From Minisyncoccota bacterium (lineage in GTDB: Bacteria; Patescibacteriota; Minisyncoccia; Phycocordibacterales; PALSA-1337), in the NCBI GenBank assembly GCA_017991475.1, contig JAGOQK010000002.1, positions 23,673 to 87,672 on the forward strand: 64,000 bases of DNA. Direction: 5' to 3'. Below the pieces are notes generated by a model, which searched no databases, was not told where the DNA came from, and saw only the letters and a program-made list of their open reading frames with translations. Positions 1-8,955 of this stretch are shown piece after piece (the stretch's first letter is position 1; the number at the start of each line of letters is the position of its first letter). Position numbers and translations under genes: made by a program.

Positions 1-1
1 G

Positions 2-187
2 TATCTCAATATTCCTGCAGGTATTTCTTTCGGTTACTACGGTAGTTTGACAAAGAGTGCAGTCGCTTCATATCAAGCTAAGCTCAATGTTATGCCTGCA
101 GCCGGATACTATGGTCCTCTTACCAAGGTTGCTATGCACTCCGATTTCGTTTCTCACAATTGGCTCACGTTGCTTGGATGGAATTAA
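2..187 (+). CDS. 3' end of a CDS that starts upstream of the window; C-terminal peptidoglycan-binding-like repeat region
   Basis: Frame 2 is open from the window edge to TAA at 185-187. Tandem GYYG(S/P)LTK-AV...repeats resemble PG_binding_1-type motifs. Confidence 0.4.
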   Translation, partial: YLNIPAGISFGYYGSLTKSAVASYQAKLNVMPAAGYYGPLTKVAMHSDFVSHNWLTLLGWN

Positions 188-218
188 TTAATAGTATTCA
201 TCTAATACTAAACTAATT

Positions 219-368
219 ATGTTGAGTACAATCGCAATAGTTCTCGTCGCTTTGTGGCTTCTTGGTGTGGCTACATCGTATACCATTGGTGGCTTCATCC
301 ACGTACTTTTCGTCATTGCAATCATTATGGTCTTGATACGACTAATTAAAGGAGAGAAGATTGTCTAA
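219..368 (+). CDS. 49-aa small hydrophobic membrane protein, lmo0937-family-like
   Basis: ATG 219 to TAA 366-368. MLSTIAIVLVALWLLG...GGFIHVLFVIAIIMVLIRLIKG matches the short lmo0937/YqaE-like membrane peptide pattern. Below the ORF-track length cutoff. Confidence 0.45.
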   Translation: MLSTIAIVLVALWLLGVATSYTIGGFIHVLFVIAIIMVLIRLIKGEKIV

Positions 369-491
369 AAGACGCCTATCACTACAACAGCGGATCCTTC
401 TCAGGGTTCGCTGTTCTGTATTAGCACCCGAGCCTTTGTTTGCTCTGCACCACAATAAGCTTCTCCAGTTTAAATTTGATATAGTAATAAC

Positions 492-743
492 ATGACTTCA
501 AAAGAGATTTCCAGCGGCACAGCGCACAAGCTCCCCAACGATTTGCGGAAAGCCCTTACTTTATCAAGGAAGGCATATGCTGCATGGGAAGATATCACCC
601 CACTTGCTCGCAATGAGTGGATTTGTTGGACAATCTCAGTTAAGACTCAAGAGACAAGAGAGCGACACGTCGACAGGGTTGTTGAGGAGCTCATTGCAGG
701 GAAGCGTCGTCCGTGTTGTTGGGCGGGGTGTGTTCATAGGTAG
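492..743 (+). CDS. YdeI/OmpD-associated (DUF1801-like) small protein
   Basis: Motif ...AWEDITPLARNEWICWTISVKTQETRERHVDRVVEEL... matches the W..L.P..R.E.I.WI..AK..ETR.RRI signature of this family. Confidence 0.5.
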   Translation: MTSKEISSGTAHKLPNDLRKALTLSRKAYAAWEDITPLARNEWICWTISVKTQETRERHVDRVVEELIAGKRRPCCWAGCVHR

Positions 744-796
744 GGGGAAGTAAACCTATCATTTATTTGGCAAACCTGTACAGTGTCTAGTTCTTG

Positions 797-869
797 CTCC
801 GCGGGTAGGATTCGAACCTACGACCAATCCCTTAACAGGGGACCGCTCTACCAACTGAGCTACCGCGGA
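797..869 (-). tRNA. tRNA-Asn (anticodon GTT)
   Basis: Minus-strand cloverleaf: acceptor TCCGCGG/CCGCGGA, D arm GCTC-AGTTGGTA-GAGC, anticodon arm GTCCC-CTGTTAA-GGGAT, T arm GTAGG-TTCGAAT-CCTAC, discriminator G. CCA is not encoded. Confidence 0.9.
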
Positions 870-905
870 ATGTGACGAATTGTACTAACTCCTTTGTGTT
901 ACCTA

Positions 906-1265
906 CTATTTAATCTCTCGAACTCCTGCGTGAACTTCTCTGTGACAGTTTGCACATATCAGGATGCATTTGTCGACCTCCTCTTTGATCTTTTCCCAGG
1001 ATCTGGTTAGTCCTCGCGCTGACAAACCAAAATTCTTTTTTGTAGGGTCCTTGTGGTGAAAATCGAGCGCATCCTGGCAACGATTGTACCCACAAAACAT
1101 GCATTTGCCACCTTTGTATTCACGAGCCATGGCACGGAGCTTTTTACGTCTCAGTGATACAGCTTTGCGCAAATACTGTGCTCGGGATGCATAAGTTCTT
1201 TTTTCTGACATACAATGAAGTATATCAAAATAATACAATGAGCTCGACAGGTAAGAATGTAGCAT
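906..1265 (-). CDS. HNH endonuclease (small, stand-alone)
   Basis: C-terminal CMFCGY...HHKDP...CILICANCHREVH is the HNH/zinc-finger nuclease motif. The likely true start is the internal Met at 1209-1211 (MSEKRTY...). It sits next to the tRNA-Asn. Confidence 0.75.
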   Translation of the reverse strand: MLHSYLSSSLYYFDILHCMSEKRTYASRAQYLRKAVSLRRKKLRAMAREYKGGKCMFCGYNRCQDALDFHHKDPTKKNFGLSARGLTRSWEKIKEEVDKCILICANCHREVHAGVREIK

Positions 1266-1348
1266 ATTTATGGTAGTAAATCAAAAGTGCTGATATAATG
1301 AACATGTATCGGTAGCCGATCGTATTATCAGAATTAACGAATCATCAT

Positions 1349-1717
1349 ATGAATACCAATATCAAGACTACCAACATTTCATTGACCGACGCTATTGCAG
1401 AGTATGTTCAGAAGCGGATGGAGAAGATAGAGAAACTCGTCGGGGATGATACCTCAGTGCAGTGCGATATCGAGCTTGCACGCACGACCGCTCATCATAA
1501 TAAGGGGGATATTTTCAAGGCCGAGATCCATATCGTCGGCACCGGACTCAATATATACAAATCATCTGAAAAAGAAGATCTCTATGCCGCCGTCGATGAG
1601 ATGCGCGATGGGGTACTCCGTGAATTGAAATCGCACCGTCAGAAAAATATGTCACACATTCGCAAAGGGGGAGCCGCCGTCAAAAATATGATGAAAGGTC
1701 TTTGGCCGTGGAAATAG
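1349..1717 (+). CDS. hpf: ribosome hibernation promoting factor (HPF/RaiA family)
   Basis: MNTNIKTTNISLTDAIAEYVQKRMEKIEKL...AEIHIVGTGLNIYKSSEKEDLYAAVDEM fits the sigma-54 modulation protein / S30EA family. Confidence 0.85.
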   Translation: MNTNIKTTNISLTDAIAEYVQKRMEKIEKLVGDDTSVQCDIELARTTAHHNKGDIFKAEIHIVGTGLNIYKSSEKEDLYAAVDEMRDGVLRELKSHRQKNMSHIRKGGAAVKNMMKGLWPWK

Positions 1718-1748
1718 TTTATTCGATCTAGTATTAATCATAGTGCAA

Positions 1749-1928
1749 TGAATCAATCATCATTTTTCAGCATGAAATCGGCTCGTCAGCCAGTTAGCTC
1801 GACACTTGTCGGTATCTTCCTCGCCTCGTGGTGCCTCTGGACCATCGTTTATTACCTCGATCAGAGTGTCGACAAGGTCAGTGCGGCATATCAGAATCAG
1901 CAACAGACAATACAGAACAATCAGTAAG
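1749..1928 (+). CDS. possible 59-aa membrane peptide
   Basis: ATG-initiated ORF with one predicted TM segment (TLVGIFLASWCLWTIVYYL) in an otherwise empty interval. No homology recognised. Confidence 0.2.
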
Positions 1929-1955
1929 AGCTAGCTACTTGCGGGCAGTGTATGA

Positions 1956-2840
1956 TTATCGTGCTTTGAATCCGTTGGTGAAATCAGTGTAACTCATTTC
2001 ATTTTTTCCTTCAGGGATGACCTTTTCTATTATGAGTTTGCCTCCAGAAAGCGAGGCTGCCGTTACCTTCACGCGTACATCTTTTCCGTCTCGGGAAATC
2101 ATAAAATATGCCTGTGGCCATTCGTGGTACGCCTGTATCTTACGAAAATTTTCATAATCATTAGATGACAAATCAACGAGGCCATCCTCTTTTTTTGTTT
2201 TCCTCGTATAGGTAGCCGCTGAATGATCTTGTTCTGTCTCTGTTATCTTGCCGGTCACCCAGTCAGGAAGAATTTCTGCAAGCAATTTTGCGCCTTCGCG
2301 CGCCATCATTTCCTCGAACGCCTCATAGGTGGGCCACTCATTCATGGATACGTCTTTTTGTGCGACGATAGGACCATGATCCATATCCTCGTCGATCCTC
2401 ATGATAGTGACGCCGGTATTCTTCGTGTCATTCAGGATGGCTGCCTGCAAAGGGGAAGCCCCTCGGTACTGCGGAAGTAGTGAAGGATGAATATTGAGTG
2501 TCTTGTGTGGAGGTATTTCAATAAGCTCCCTTGGTAGAATTTTTCCAAAGGAAGCGACGATGAATGTATCGACGGGATCATTTCTCAACAGCTCGATAAA
2601 AGCAGCGTCTATTTTTGCCGGGTTATATACCTCTATATGTTTCTCCGTCGGCAAAGCACTATTGTGCTGAATAGCCCATTTCTTCACCACATTTGGGGTC
2701 ATAACAAGTTTACGTCCCTGGGGTTTGTCGGGAGTCGTAACAATCGCCTTCGGTATGAATCCGAGTTTTGTGAGCTCTTCTAGGACGATCACCGAGAATC
2801 GCGATGATCCGAAGAAAATGAAGGAGGTCTTGTTGTTCAT
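1956..2840 (-). CDS. fmt: methionyl-tRNA formyltransferase
   Basis: N-terminal formyltransferase fold with the HPSLLPQYRGASPLQAAIL motif. Lies downstream of def in the classic priA-def-fmt order. Confidence 0.9.
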   Translation of the reverse strand: MNNKTSFIFFGSSRFSVIVLEELTKLGFIPKAIVTTPDKPQGRKLVMTPNVVKKWAIQHNSALPTEKHIEVYNPAKIDAAFIELLRNDPVDTFIVASFGKILPRELIEIPPHKTLNIHPSLLPQYRGASPLQAAILNDTKNTGVTIMRIDEDMDHGPIVAQKDVSMNEWPTYEAFEEMMAREGAKLLAEILPDWVTGKITETEQDHSAATYTRKTKKEDGLVDLSSNDYENFRKIQAYHEWPQAYFMISRDGKDVRVKVTAASLSGGKLIIEKVIPEGKNEMSYTDFTNGFKAR

Positions 2841-2884
2841 GCAATTACTTATAAATCTTAATTCGAAATTCTGGATTCTCTCTT

Positions 2885-3439
2885 CTAACTCTTACTCTGC
2901 AATTCTCGGACTTCCTCTTCTGACATCTCCCAAATCTCCTTGGCCTTGTCGATGAAAAGTGTGCCATTGAGATGATCGGTTTCGTGCTGGAATATTTGCG
3001 CCAGCAATCCTGATGCACCTCGTTCGATCTTCTCGCCCTTCTCGTTGTATGCGCGGATGGTAGCTTTCATAGATCGTCTGACCTTGCCATACAGCCAGCG
3101 AACAGAGAGGCATCCCTCCTCCATATCTCGCTTCTCTCGTGAGAGCTTGAGGATGGTTGGATTGATGAACACAAGCGGCCCGCCCGGTCCGGTGTATTCC
3201 TTGTCAGCCTGTCTGAGGAGATCGCCTGACACTACGAAGATGCGGAGGGCCACGCCGATCTGGGGTGCAGCAATGGCGACTCCGTCCTTCTGCTCTGCCA
3301 TAGTGACGACCATGTCTTTGATGATGCTATTGATCTTGTCAGTGCCGATATCAGAAATAGGCACTTCTGTTGCTGTGCCGCGGAGGGTCGGGTGCTCGCG
3401 TTGGAGTATCTCGCGTACCATGGGGAAACTGTAACACAC
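2885..3439 (-). CDS. def: peptide deformylase
   Basis: All three PDF motifs are present: GVAIAAPQIG, EGCLSV, QHETDHLNG. The likely start is Met at 3421 (MVREILQ). Confidence 0.9.
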   Translation of the reverse strand: MCYSFPMVREILQREHPTLRGTATEVPISDIGTDKINSIIKDMVVTMAEQKDGVAIAAPQIGVALRIFVVSGDLLRQADKEYTGPGGPLVFINPTILKLSREKRDMEEGCLSVRWLYGKVRRSMKATIRAYNEKGEKIERGASGLLAQIFQHETDHLNGTLFIDKAKEIWEMSEEEVRELQSKS

Positions 3440-3485
3440 AAATAGGGAATTGGGAAAACACTAATAAAAAAGGTAGTGCAACCTT

Positions 3486-5456
3486 TTACAACAAACTCTC
3501 TGGATCTACCTTCACCTTTACGCTTGGTGGAAGTTGCCTAAGTTTAGAGAGCAGGTCAGTATTAGGCCAACCACCTTGTGGAAGTTTTAGCAACCCATGA
3601 ATGATAGAGTTGCCGCGCACCGTCGCCGTGAATGCAGGGAATATGTCGATCTCACGGGGTTCGAGGAGTCGTTGTACTTCAGCCATTTGTGCCGCGATAG
3701 CATCCTTCTTGCCTTCAATAGTGATCTTGATAAGCGTTGAGTACGGTGGATATGAAAATTGCTTGCGGTCATCGAGTGTGGAGCGGTAGAAATCGCTGAG
3801 ATTGCCCTTGAGACCGTATTCAAAAACCTTTTCTTCAGCCTTGCGTGTCTGTACCAGGAATGATCTTCGGGCGAGACTCCTCAAACGGATGAGGAGATGC
3901 ATGATCTTCTCATGGATCCGGAAGTCAGGAAGCGCAAAAAGGGAATCGAGTGAGGCGATAGCTATGTGGTCGATCTTCTCAGTGAGATAGACGAGTGCCA
4001 TTTCGGTACCGAGAAGAATGCTTCCTGGCCTGGTCTTGAACTTCTCGAGAGTATCGGCGATCTGGGTATCAGTCTTGGCACTATCGGCATCGATTTTGAA
4101 TATATCAATATCGGGAAACCGTTCCTTGATGTCCTCGTATACTTTGTCGATACCTATTCCGAGCGGAGCAAGCCTCCATCCGCCACAGGTTATGCAGACT
4201 TCGACCGCGGTTCTACGTTCACCGCAGCGATGGCACATGAAAAAATTCTTACCTGTTCCACCTGAGGTATGCAGTACCACCGGCCCAGAACAATTCTTGC
4301 ATGATACAACAGTATCGCAATCGCTACAGACCGTGATTGGCGATGAACCTCGACGGATGGCGAGAATAAAGAGATGAGTACTCTCACTCTTGTTGTACTG
4401 AATAAGCTCTTCTAGATCTTTTGATAGTACGCGGAACTTCGGCGTAATCACTTCCTCAGGTATTTGATCTGCATCGTGATAAGTTTTTGGTCCTGTAGAT
4501 GTACCTTGCTTCATGTCGATGAGCGCATCAGTTGCAAGTGATACTGATCTCCATTTGAACGGGGAGCCTTGAGCGATCTCGTGGCCATCAGTACGATGAA
4601 GCGTCTCTGTTCTCAGGAGGCTATCTGCACGGTAGACAGTCTGTCCATTGTCACGAGCGATAGTCTCAAGTGCATGTCGCATGTCTATATACGGAAGCTT
4701 CGCTCCGATCCAGCCACGCCCATTTTCACGCTCAATAATTATGGTATCGATGTCTGCTCGTGGAAGTACTGCAAAGGATCCGGTCGCAACTACTACTATC
4801 GAGTGTTTGGTGTTCGCAATACTCTCCCAGGTCTCAATCAGTTGTTTTTTGGGAAGTTTACTATGCAGAGTGAAGATGTACCCCTCGATACCTTTGGTCA
4901 AGGTAGCAGAAATGTTTTTTGCGTCCTCAATGGTTGGCACATAGATTGCTACAGATCTTTTGCGGGCAAATTCCTGTCTGATGAGGCTGCGCCATGATCC
5001 GGTTCGATCCTCATCGTCTCCCTGAACAGCGTAGGTTTCCTCAGGCGCGGAATGTGAGCTGATCGAGGGTGAGGTCCGATTTCGTCCAGAATCTCGGTTT
5101 CCCGGGGCGGCAATTTTGCTGGCATTCTCAAGGAGGGTATCAGATACGAGTGCATCAATAATTGATCCGATATCAGCTGCATAGTAGTCGGCGAGTTTCT
5201 TGCATGAATGGACAAACGCGGCAGGGAAGAAGTGTGTGGCACGGACTCGTTCGAGCTTCTTGAGGGCATAGGGGGCATTTTTGATTTCGGCTTTGATGTC
5301 GAATGCGGGACGAGTAGTAGTTACAAGTGCCGATACGTTCTTGGAGCGCACTGGTACGGTCACGAGGGCGCCTACTGGTACATCAGAGGCGGTGAAGTAG
5401 GAAAGTTCGTTGACTCCCTTAGTTCGTGCAAGCGGTATGACAGTGATGATATTCAT
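3486..5456 (-). CDS. priA: primosomal protein N' (PriA)-like, with degenerate ATPase motifs
   Basis: N-terminal 3'-DNA-binding-like region. A Cys-rich zinc-binding insert is present (CSDCDTVVSCKNCSGPVVLH...CHRCGERRTAVEVCITCGG). The positions of Walker A (TGSGKT), Walker B (DEEHD) and motif VI (QxxGRxGR) read DEDRTGSW, IIIERENG and RLRSLARR. Confidence 0.65.
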   Translation of the reverse strand: MNIITVIPLARTKGVNELSYFTASDVPVGALVTVPVRSKNVSALVTTTRPAFDIKAEIKNAPYALKKLERVRATHFFPAAFVHSCKKLADYYAADIGSIIDALVSDTLLENASKIAAPGNRDSGRNRTSPSISSHSAPEETYAVQGDDEDRTGSWRSLIRQEFARKRSVAIYVPTIEDAKNISATLTKGIEGYIFTLHSKLPKKQLIETWESIANTKHSIVVVATGSFAVLPRADIDTIIIERENGRGWIGAKLPYIDMRHALETIARDNGQTVYRADSLLRTETLHRTDGHEIAQGSPFKWRSVSLATDALIDMKQGTSTGPKTYHDADQIPEEVITPKFRVLSKDLEELIQYNKSESTHLFILAIRRGSSPITVCSDCDTVVSCKNCSGPVVLHTSGGTGKNFFMCHRCGERRTAVEVCITCGGWRLAPLGIGIDKVYEDIKERFPDIDIFKIDADSAKTDTQIADTLEKFKTRPGSILLGTEMALVYLTEKIDHIAIASLDSLFALPDFRIHEKIMHLLIRLRSLARRSFLVQTRKAEEKVFEYGLKGNLSDFYRSTLDDRKQFSYPPYSTLIKITIEGKKDAIAAQMAEVQRLLEPREIDIFPAFTATVRGNSIIHGLLKLPQGGWPNTDLLSKLRQLPPSVKVKVDPESLL

Positions 5457-5543
5457 CGGTTGATGTTTGCGTGTCCTATTTATACCGCATTTTGGGAGTT
5501 TGAGGGGGATTGACGGTTATTCGCACAATGTGTTCTGTTATAT

Positions 5544-6923
5544 TTGTACAATCACCCCAAACCCAGTAGAATATCCCTCATGACCTCGCTCGAAAAGAAA
5601 TCAAAGCCTTCATTTGTCATACAAGGCCTCGGGGGCAAGAGAACCCTCAAGGGAACTATCCGTATCAATGGCGCCAAGAATGCTGCACTCAAGGCCATGG
5701 CTGCTGCAGTACTCTTCGGTGGGCCAGTGGAGCTTCAAAACATTCCTGATAATGCGGATATAGGGACGATGGGAGAAGTGCTCAGAAGACTTGGGGCGGA
5801 TGTCAAAGTTCAAAGTTCAAATGACAAAGATGAATCGCATGGTTTAACTTTAACTATTGATTCAACAACGATTAACTCGACGGATATAGACCAGGAATTG
5901 GCGGGAGGGATGAGGGCATCTGTTGTGTTGACTGGACCACTTCTCGCACGATATGGGAAAGTCAGTTTTCCGGCACCAGGGGGATGTGTTATCGGCGCAC
6001 GCCCAATCGATCTTTTCCTCTCTGCATATGAACAGCTCGGTGCAACTGTTGAGGAGACTGAGTGCTTGTACAACATTCAAGGCAAGAAGTTGTCTCCGAA
6101 AGAAATAACGTTCAAGAAGATATCTGTTGGTGCTACTGAGACCCTCATGATGGCGGCAGTGCTCTTGGATGGTCAGACGATCCTCAATAACTGCGCGAAG
6201 GAGCCAGAAATTGTAAATGTCGCGGAATGGTTGAACGCGTGTGGTGCGAGTATCAAAGGTGCAGGAACTTCAACCATTGTGATTGATGGCACGAATGGAA
6301 GGTTGCTCTCGCCGAAAGTTCCGTTTGTCACGATTCCTGATCGCATCGAAGCGGGCAGTTTCATTCTTTTGGCCGCGTTGACTGCGGAGGATGTGGCTAT
6401 AGAAAACTGCGAACCGAAACATTTGGGCACGCTTCTGGATTTGTTACAAGGTTCCGGAGTGAATATGGAAATAGGTTCAACCTCTATTCGTGTCATCAAT
6501 GATCCAAAGTCTCCAACACCATTCAAGTCATTCAATATTGAAACTCGAGAATACCCAGGTTTCCCAACTGATATTCAGGCACCCGCAGTCGTTTTCCTCA
6601 CTCAAGCAGAGGGAACAAGCAAGGTCACCGAGACTATTTTTGAGGGAAGATTCAAATATATTGAGGATCTCATTGTCCTCGGTGCGAATATTACACCGGT
6701 AAGTCCTCAGGAAATTTCGGTAACTGGTCCGTGCGACCTGAAACAATCAACAGATAGTAGAGAATTGACTACACACGACATCCGAGCTGGTTTTGCTGTC
6801 GTGCTCGCGGCACTCATCGGAGAAGGGAAGTTTGTCGTGAATAATGTCCATCTTATCGATCGTGGGTACGAAAAGTTGGAGGAGCGACTCAGGGGTTTGG
6901 GTGCGGATATTGTGAGGGTTTAA
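5544..6923 (+). CDS. murA: UDP-N-acetylglucosamine 1-carboxyvinyltransferase
   Basis: IQGLGGKRTLKGTIRINGAKNAALKAMAAAVL...GARPIDLF... is the typical MurA/EPSP-synthase fold. The likely start is Met at 5580 (MTSLEKK). Confidence 0.9.
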   Translation: MYNHPKPSRISLMTSLEKKSKPSFVIQGLGGKRTLKGTIRINGAKNAALKAMAAAVLFGGPVELQNIPDNADIGTMGEVLRRLGADVKVQSSNDKDESHGLTLTIDSTTINSTDIDQELAGGMRASVVLTGPLLARYGKVSFPAPGGCVIGARPIDLFLSAYEQLGATVEETECLYNIQGKKLSPKEITFKKISVGATETLMMAAVLLDGQTILNNCAKEPEIVNVAEWLNACGASIKGAGTSTIVIDGTNGRLLSPKVPFVTIPDRIEAGSFILLAALTAEDVAIENCEPKHLGTLLDLLQGSGVNMEIGSTSIRVINDPKSPTPFKSFNIETREYPGFPTDIQAPAVVFLTQAEGTSKVTETIFEGRFKYIEDLIVLGANITPVSPQEISVTGPCDLKQSTDSRELTTHDIRAGFAVVLAALIGEGKFVVNNVHLIDRGYEKLEERLRGLGADIVRV

Positions 6924-7035
6924 AACACAAAATCCGCCGGAGCGGATATGTGCTTTGCGGATTCTGATTATAACCAGTTCCACCTCGTCAGCTATGCAGA
7001 TAGTATATTCTTCTTTATTTATGAAGTCAATTCTG

Positions 7036-7105
7036 TGGACCCAGCGGGAGTCGAACCCGCAGATTCTAGCTGACGAGGTAGAATCGGAGACCACTCCGTG
7101 GGCCC
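7036..7105 (-). tRNA. tRNA-like gene with a non-canonical anticodon arm
   Basis: Acceptor stem GGGCCCA/TGGGTCC is perfect. T arm GCGGG-TTCGACT-CCCGC is perfect. The D arm is short (GGAG-TGGT-CTCC). In place of a 5-bp/7-nt anticodon arm there is a 7-bp stem GATTCTA/TAGAATC with a 10-nt loop CCTCGTCAGC and a 1-nt variable region. The isotype cannot be assigned. Confidence 0.4.
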
Positions 7106-7258
7106 ACTGACAGATTTCTCTGTCCTAATAAGTATAAATGTCCGAAATGAAGAATTAGTGATGAAGTAATAGAGATTTCGTGATAAAGCACTTTTCATGT
7201 TCTAATATTTCTGCAATTGAAGACATCTCACAGTGTGATATAGTCTTTACTACCTTTC

Positions 7259-8272
7259 ATGAGCATTTTCTCCCCAAAACTCGGCATTGACCTAGGTACT
7301 GCAAATACTCTGGTATTCCTGCCGGGTAAAGGAATTGTTTTGAACGAACCTTCAGTCGTCGCTATCTCCGAAGTCGACAAGAAAGTTCTTGCCGTAGGGA
7401 ATGAAGCAAAAGAGATGGTTGGCCGTACACCCGATAGTATTGTCGCGTATCGACCTATGCGCGATGGTGTCATTGCCGACTATCGTGTGACTGAGGCCAT
7501 GCTCCGCTATTTCATCGACAAGGCTTTGGGACGCTGGACTCTCTTCAAGCCTGATGTGATGGTCTCAGTTCCTGCAGGAATTACTTCTACTGAACGTCGT
7601 GCGGTCGTCGAGGCGGCTCTCCGTGCAGGTGCCAAGAATGCCTATGTGGTCAAAGAACCTATTCTCGCCGCTATCGGTGCAGGCATACCGATCCAGGAAC
7701 CTCGTGGACATATGATCGTAGATATCGGAGGAGGTACGACTGACGTTGCGGTGATCTCACTAGGCGGCATTGTCGCATCCACCTCGGTCAAGTGTGCCGG
7801 GAACAAGACTGATGCCGCAATCGCCGACTATGTGAAGAAAACATTTAACCTCGCGATTGGTGATCACATGGCAGAAATCATCAAGATCAATATCGGCTCT
7901 GCAATTCCTCTCGAGCAGGAACTTTCAATGCAAGTGAAGGGTCGTGATTTCATTTCTGGTCTGCCGCGTTCGACCGAGATAAAAACCAATGAGATTGTAA
8001 AAGCTATCGCGGGGCCACTACGCGAGATGATCAAAGCAATCAAGGATGTTCTCCAGGAGACTCCTCCAGAATTGGCTGCTGATATCATCGATCAGGGAAT
8101 TACGCTCACCGGAGGCTCGTCACTTCTTCGTAATTTGCCAGAATTGGTCTTCCGCCGTACGGGTGTGAAGGCACAACTTGCCGAGGAACCGCTTCTTTGT
8201 GTCGCAAAGGGGACTGGTATTGCACTTGATCATTTGGATACATATAAGAAGACGATTATAAGTAAGAGGTAA
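7259..8272 (+). CDS. mreB: MreB/Mbl-family actin homologue (paralogue 1)
   Basis: GIDLGTANTLVF...NEPSVVAI...DIGGGTTDVAVISLGGIV... carries all the actin-fold phosphate and adenosine motifs. Confidence 0.9.
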   Translation: MSIFSPKLGIDLGTANTLVFLPGKGIVLNEPSVVAISEVDKKVLAVGNEAKEMVGRTPDSIVAYRPMRDGVIADYRVTEAMLRYFIDKALGRWTLFKPDVMVSVPAGITSTERRAVVEAALRAGAKNAYVVKEPILAAIGAGIPIQEPRGHMIVDIGGGTTDVAVISLGGIVASTSVKCAGNKTDAAIADYVKKTFNLAIGDHMAEIIKINIGSAIPLEQELSMQVKGRDFISGLPRSTEIKTNEIVKAIAGPLREMIKAIKDVLQETPPELAADIIDQGITLTGGSSLLRNLPELVFRRTGVKAQLAEEPLLCVAKGTGIALDHLDTYKKTIISKR

Positions 8273-8276
8273 AATA

Positions 8277-8483
8277 ATGGAACAATCAAAACTATCTAGG
8301 TTTTTTAAACATAAGACAGGCGGACCCCTACATGCTCCAGTATGGTACGTTTTTCTTGTTGCCCTGTTGGGAATAGTTATCTTTGTGTCAGATAAATTGA
8401 ACTTATTATCTGGCTCTGGATTTATGTACCTAATATTAGTTTTCCTCTGTGCAGCACTTCTATTACTTAGAAAGTATCGCTAA
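8277..8483 (+). CDS. small membrane protein (2 TM)
   Basis: Starts 5 nt after the mreB paralogue-1 stop. Two hydrophobic helices. No homology recognised. Confidence 0.35.
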   Translation: MEQSKLSRFFKHKTGGPLHAPVWYVFLVALLGIVIFVSDKLNLLSGSGFMYLILVFLCAALLLLRKYR

Positions 8484-8571
8484 TTTTCCCTAAAAAGTAG
8501 AGGTTGAACCTCTAAAATATGACTATGTTGAGGTATATTTTGGCTTTTTTCATAGAAAAGACTGTTTATGC

Positions 8572-8600
8572 TTGACAAATATACCGATAGGTGCTACTAT
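8572..8600 (+). promoter_or_regulatory. sigma-70-type promoter (TTGACA-17-TACTAT with an extended -10 TG)
   Basis: TTGACA at 8572-8577, a 17-nt spacer ending in TGc, then TACTAT at 8595-8600. Confidence 0.5.
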
Positions 8601-8606
8601 ATAAAT

Positions 8607-8955
8607 GAATCGTTCCTACTGGGAATCATGTGGCAAATCCCAAGGAGTGCTCAAAAAAGCACAGGTTCAGGTCGACACCAAATGGTCAGGCAATTCTGCG
8701 CCACATCTGACCAGATGTAGAATAGGAGTCACGCTTAACAGGTGATGATTCCCATCCGATCCACGGGGTGATATGTCTCTCCAGTAGTCTGGCAACAGAG
8801 GGGAATAGACTAAGATTCTAAAGAACAGGGGTGAGAGTCGGACATTGTGGTTAGTTCAGGCTCAATAGTTCATTATCGATGAAGGTCATGAAGATCACCA
8901 CAATCTTATGTGATCAAACTGGGTGCGTCGGCTTCGGCTGGCGCACCCTTTTCTC
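8607..8955 (+). ncRNA. candidate ~350-nt non-coding RNA or long structured leader
   Basis: 425-nt interval with no ORF of at least 60 aa on either strand. Bracketed by a consensus promoter and a 12-bp GC-rich hairpin with a UUCG loop plus a T-tract at 8921-8960. Contains several internal hairpins. No RNase P, tmRNA, SRP or T-box signature motifs were recognised. Confidence 0.35.

Noticed and set aside
8607-8955. The ORF-free transcript as RNase P RNA, tmRNA, SRP RNA, 6S RNA or a T-box leader
   Set aside because: None of the signature motifs were found: P4 GGAAAGTCCGG/CCGGCTTA, the tmRNA tRNA-like ends, the SRP GNAA/AGCAG domain IV, or the T-box AGGGTGGNACCGCG. The class is left open.
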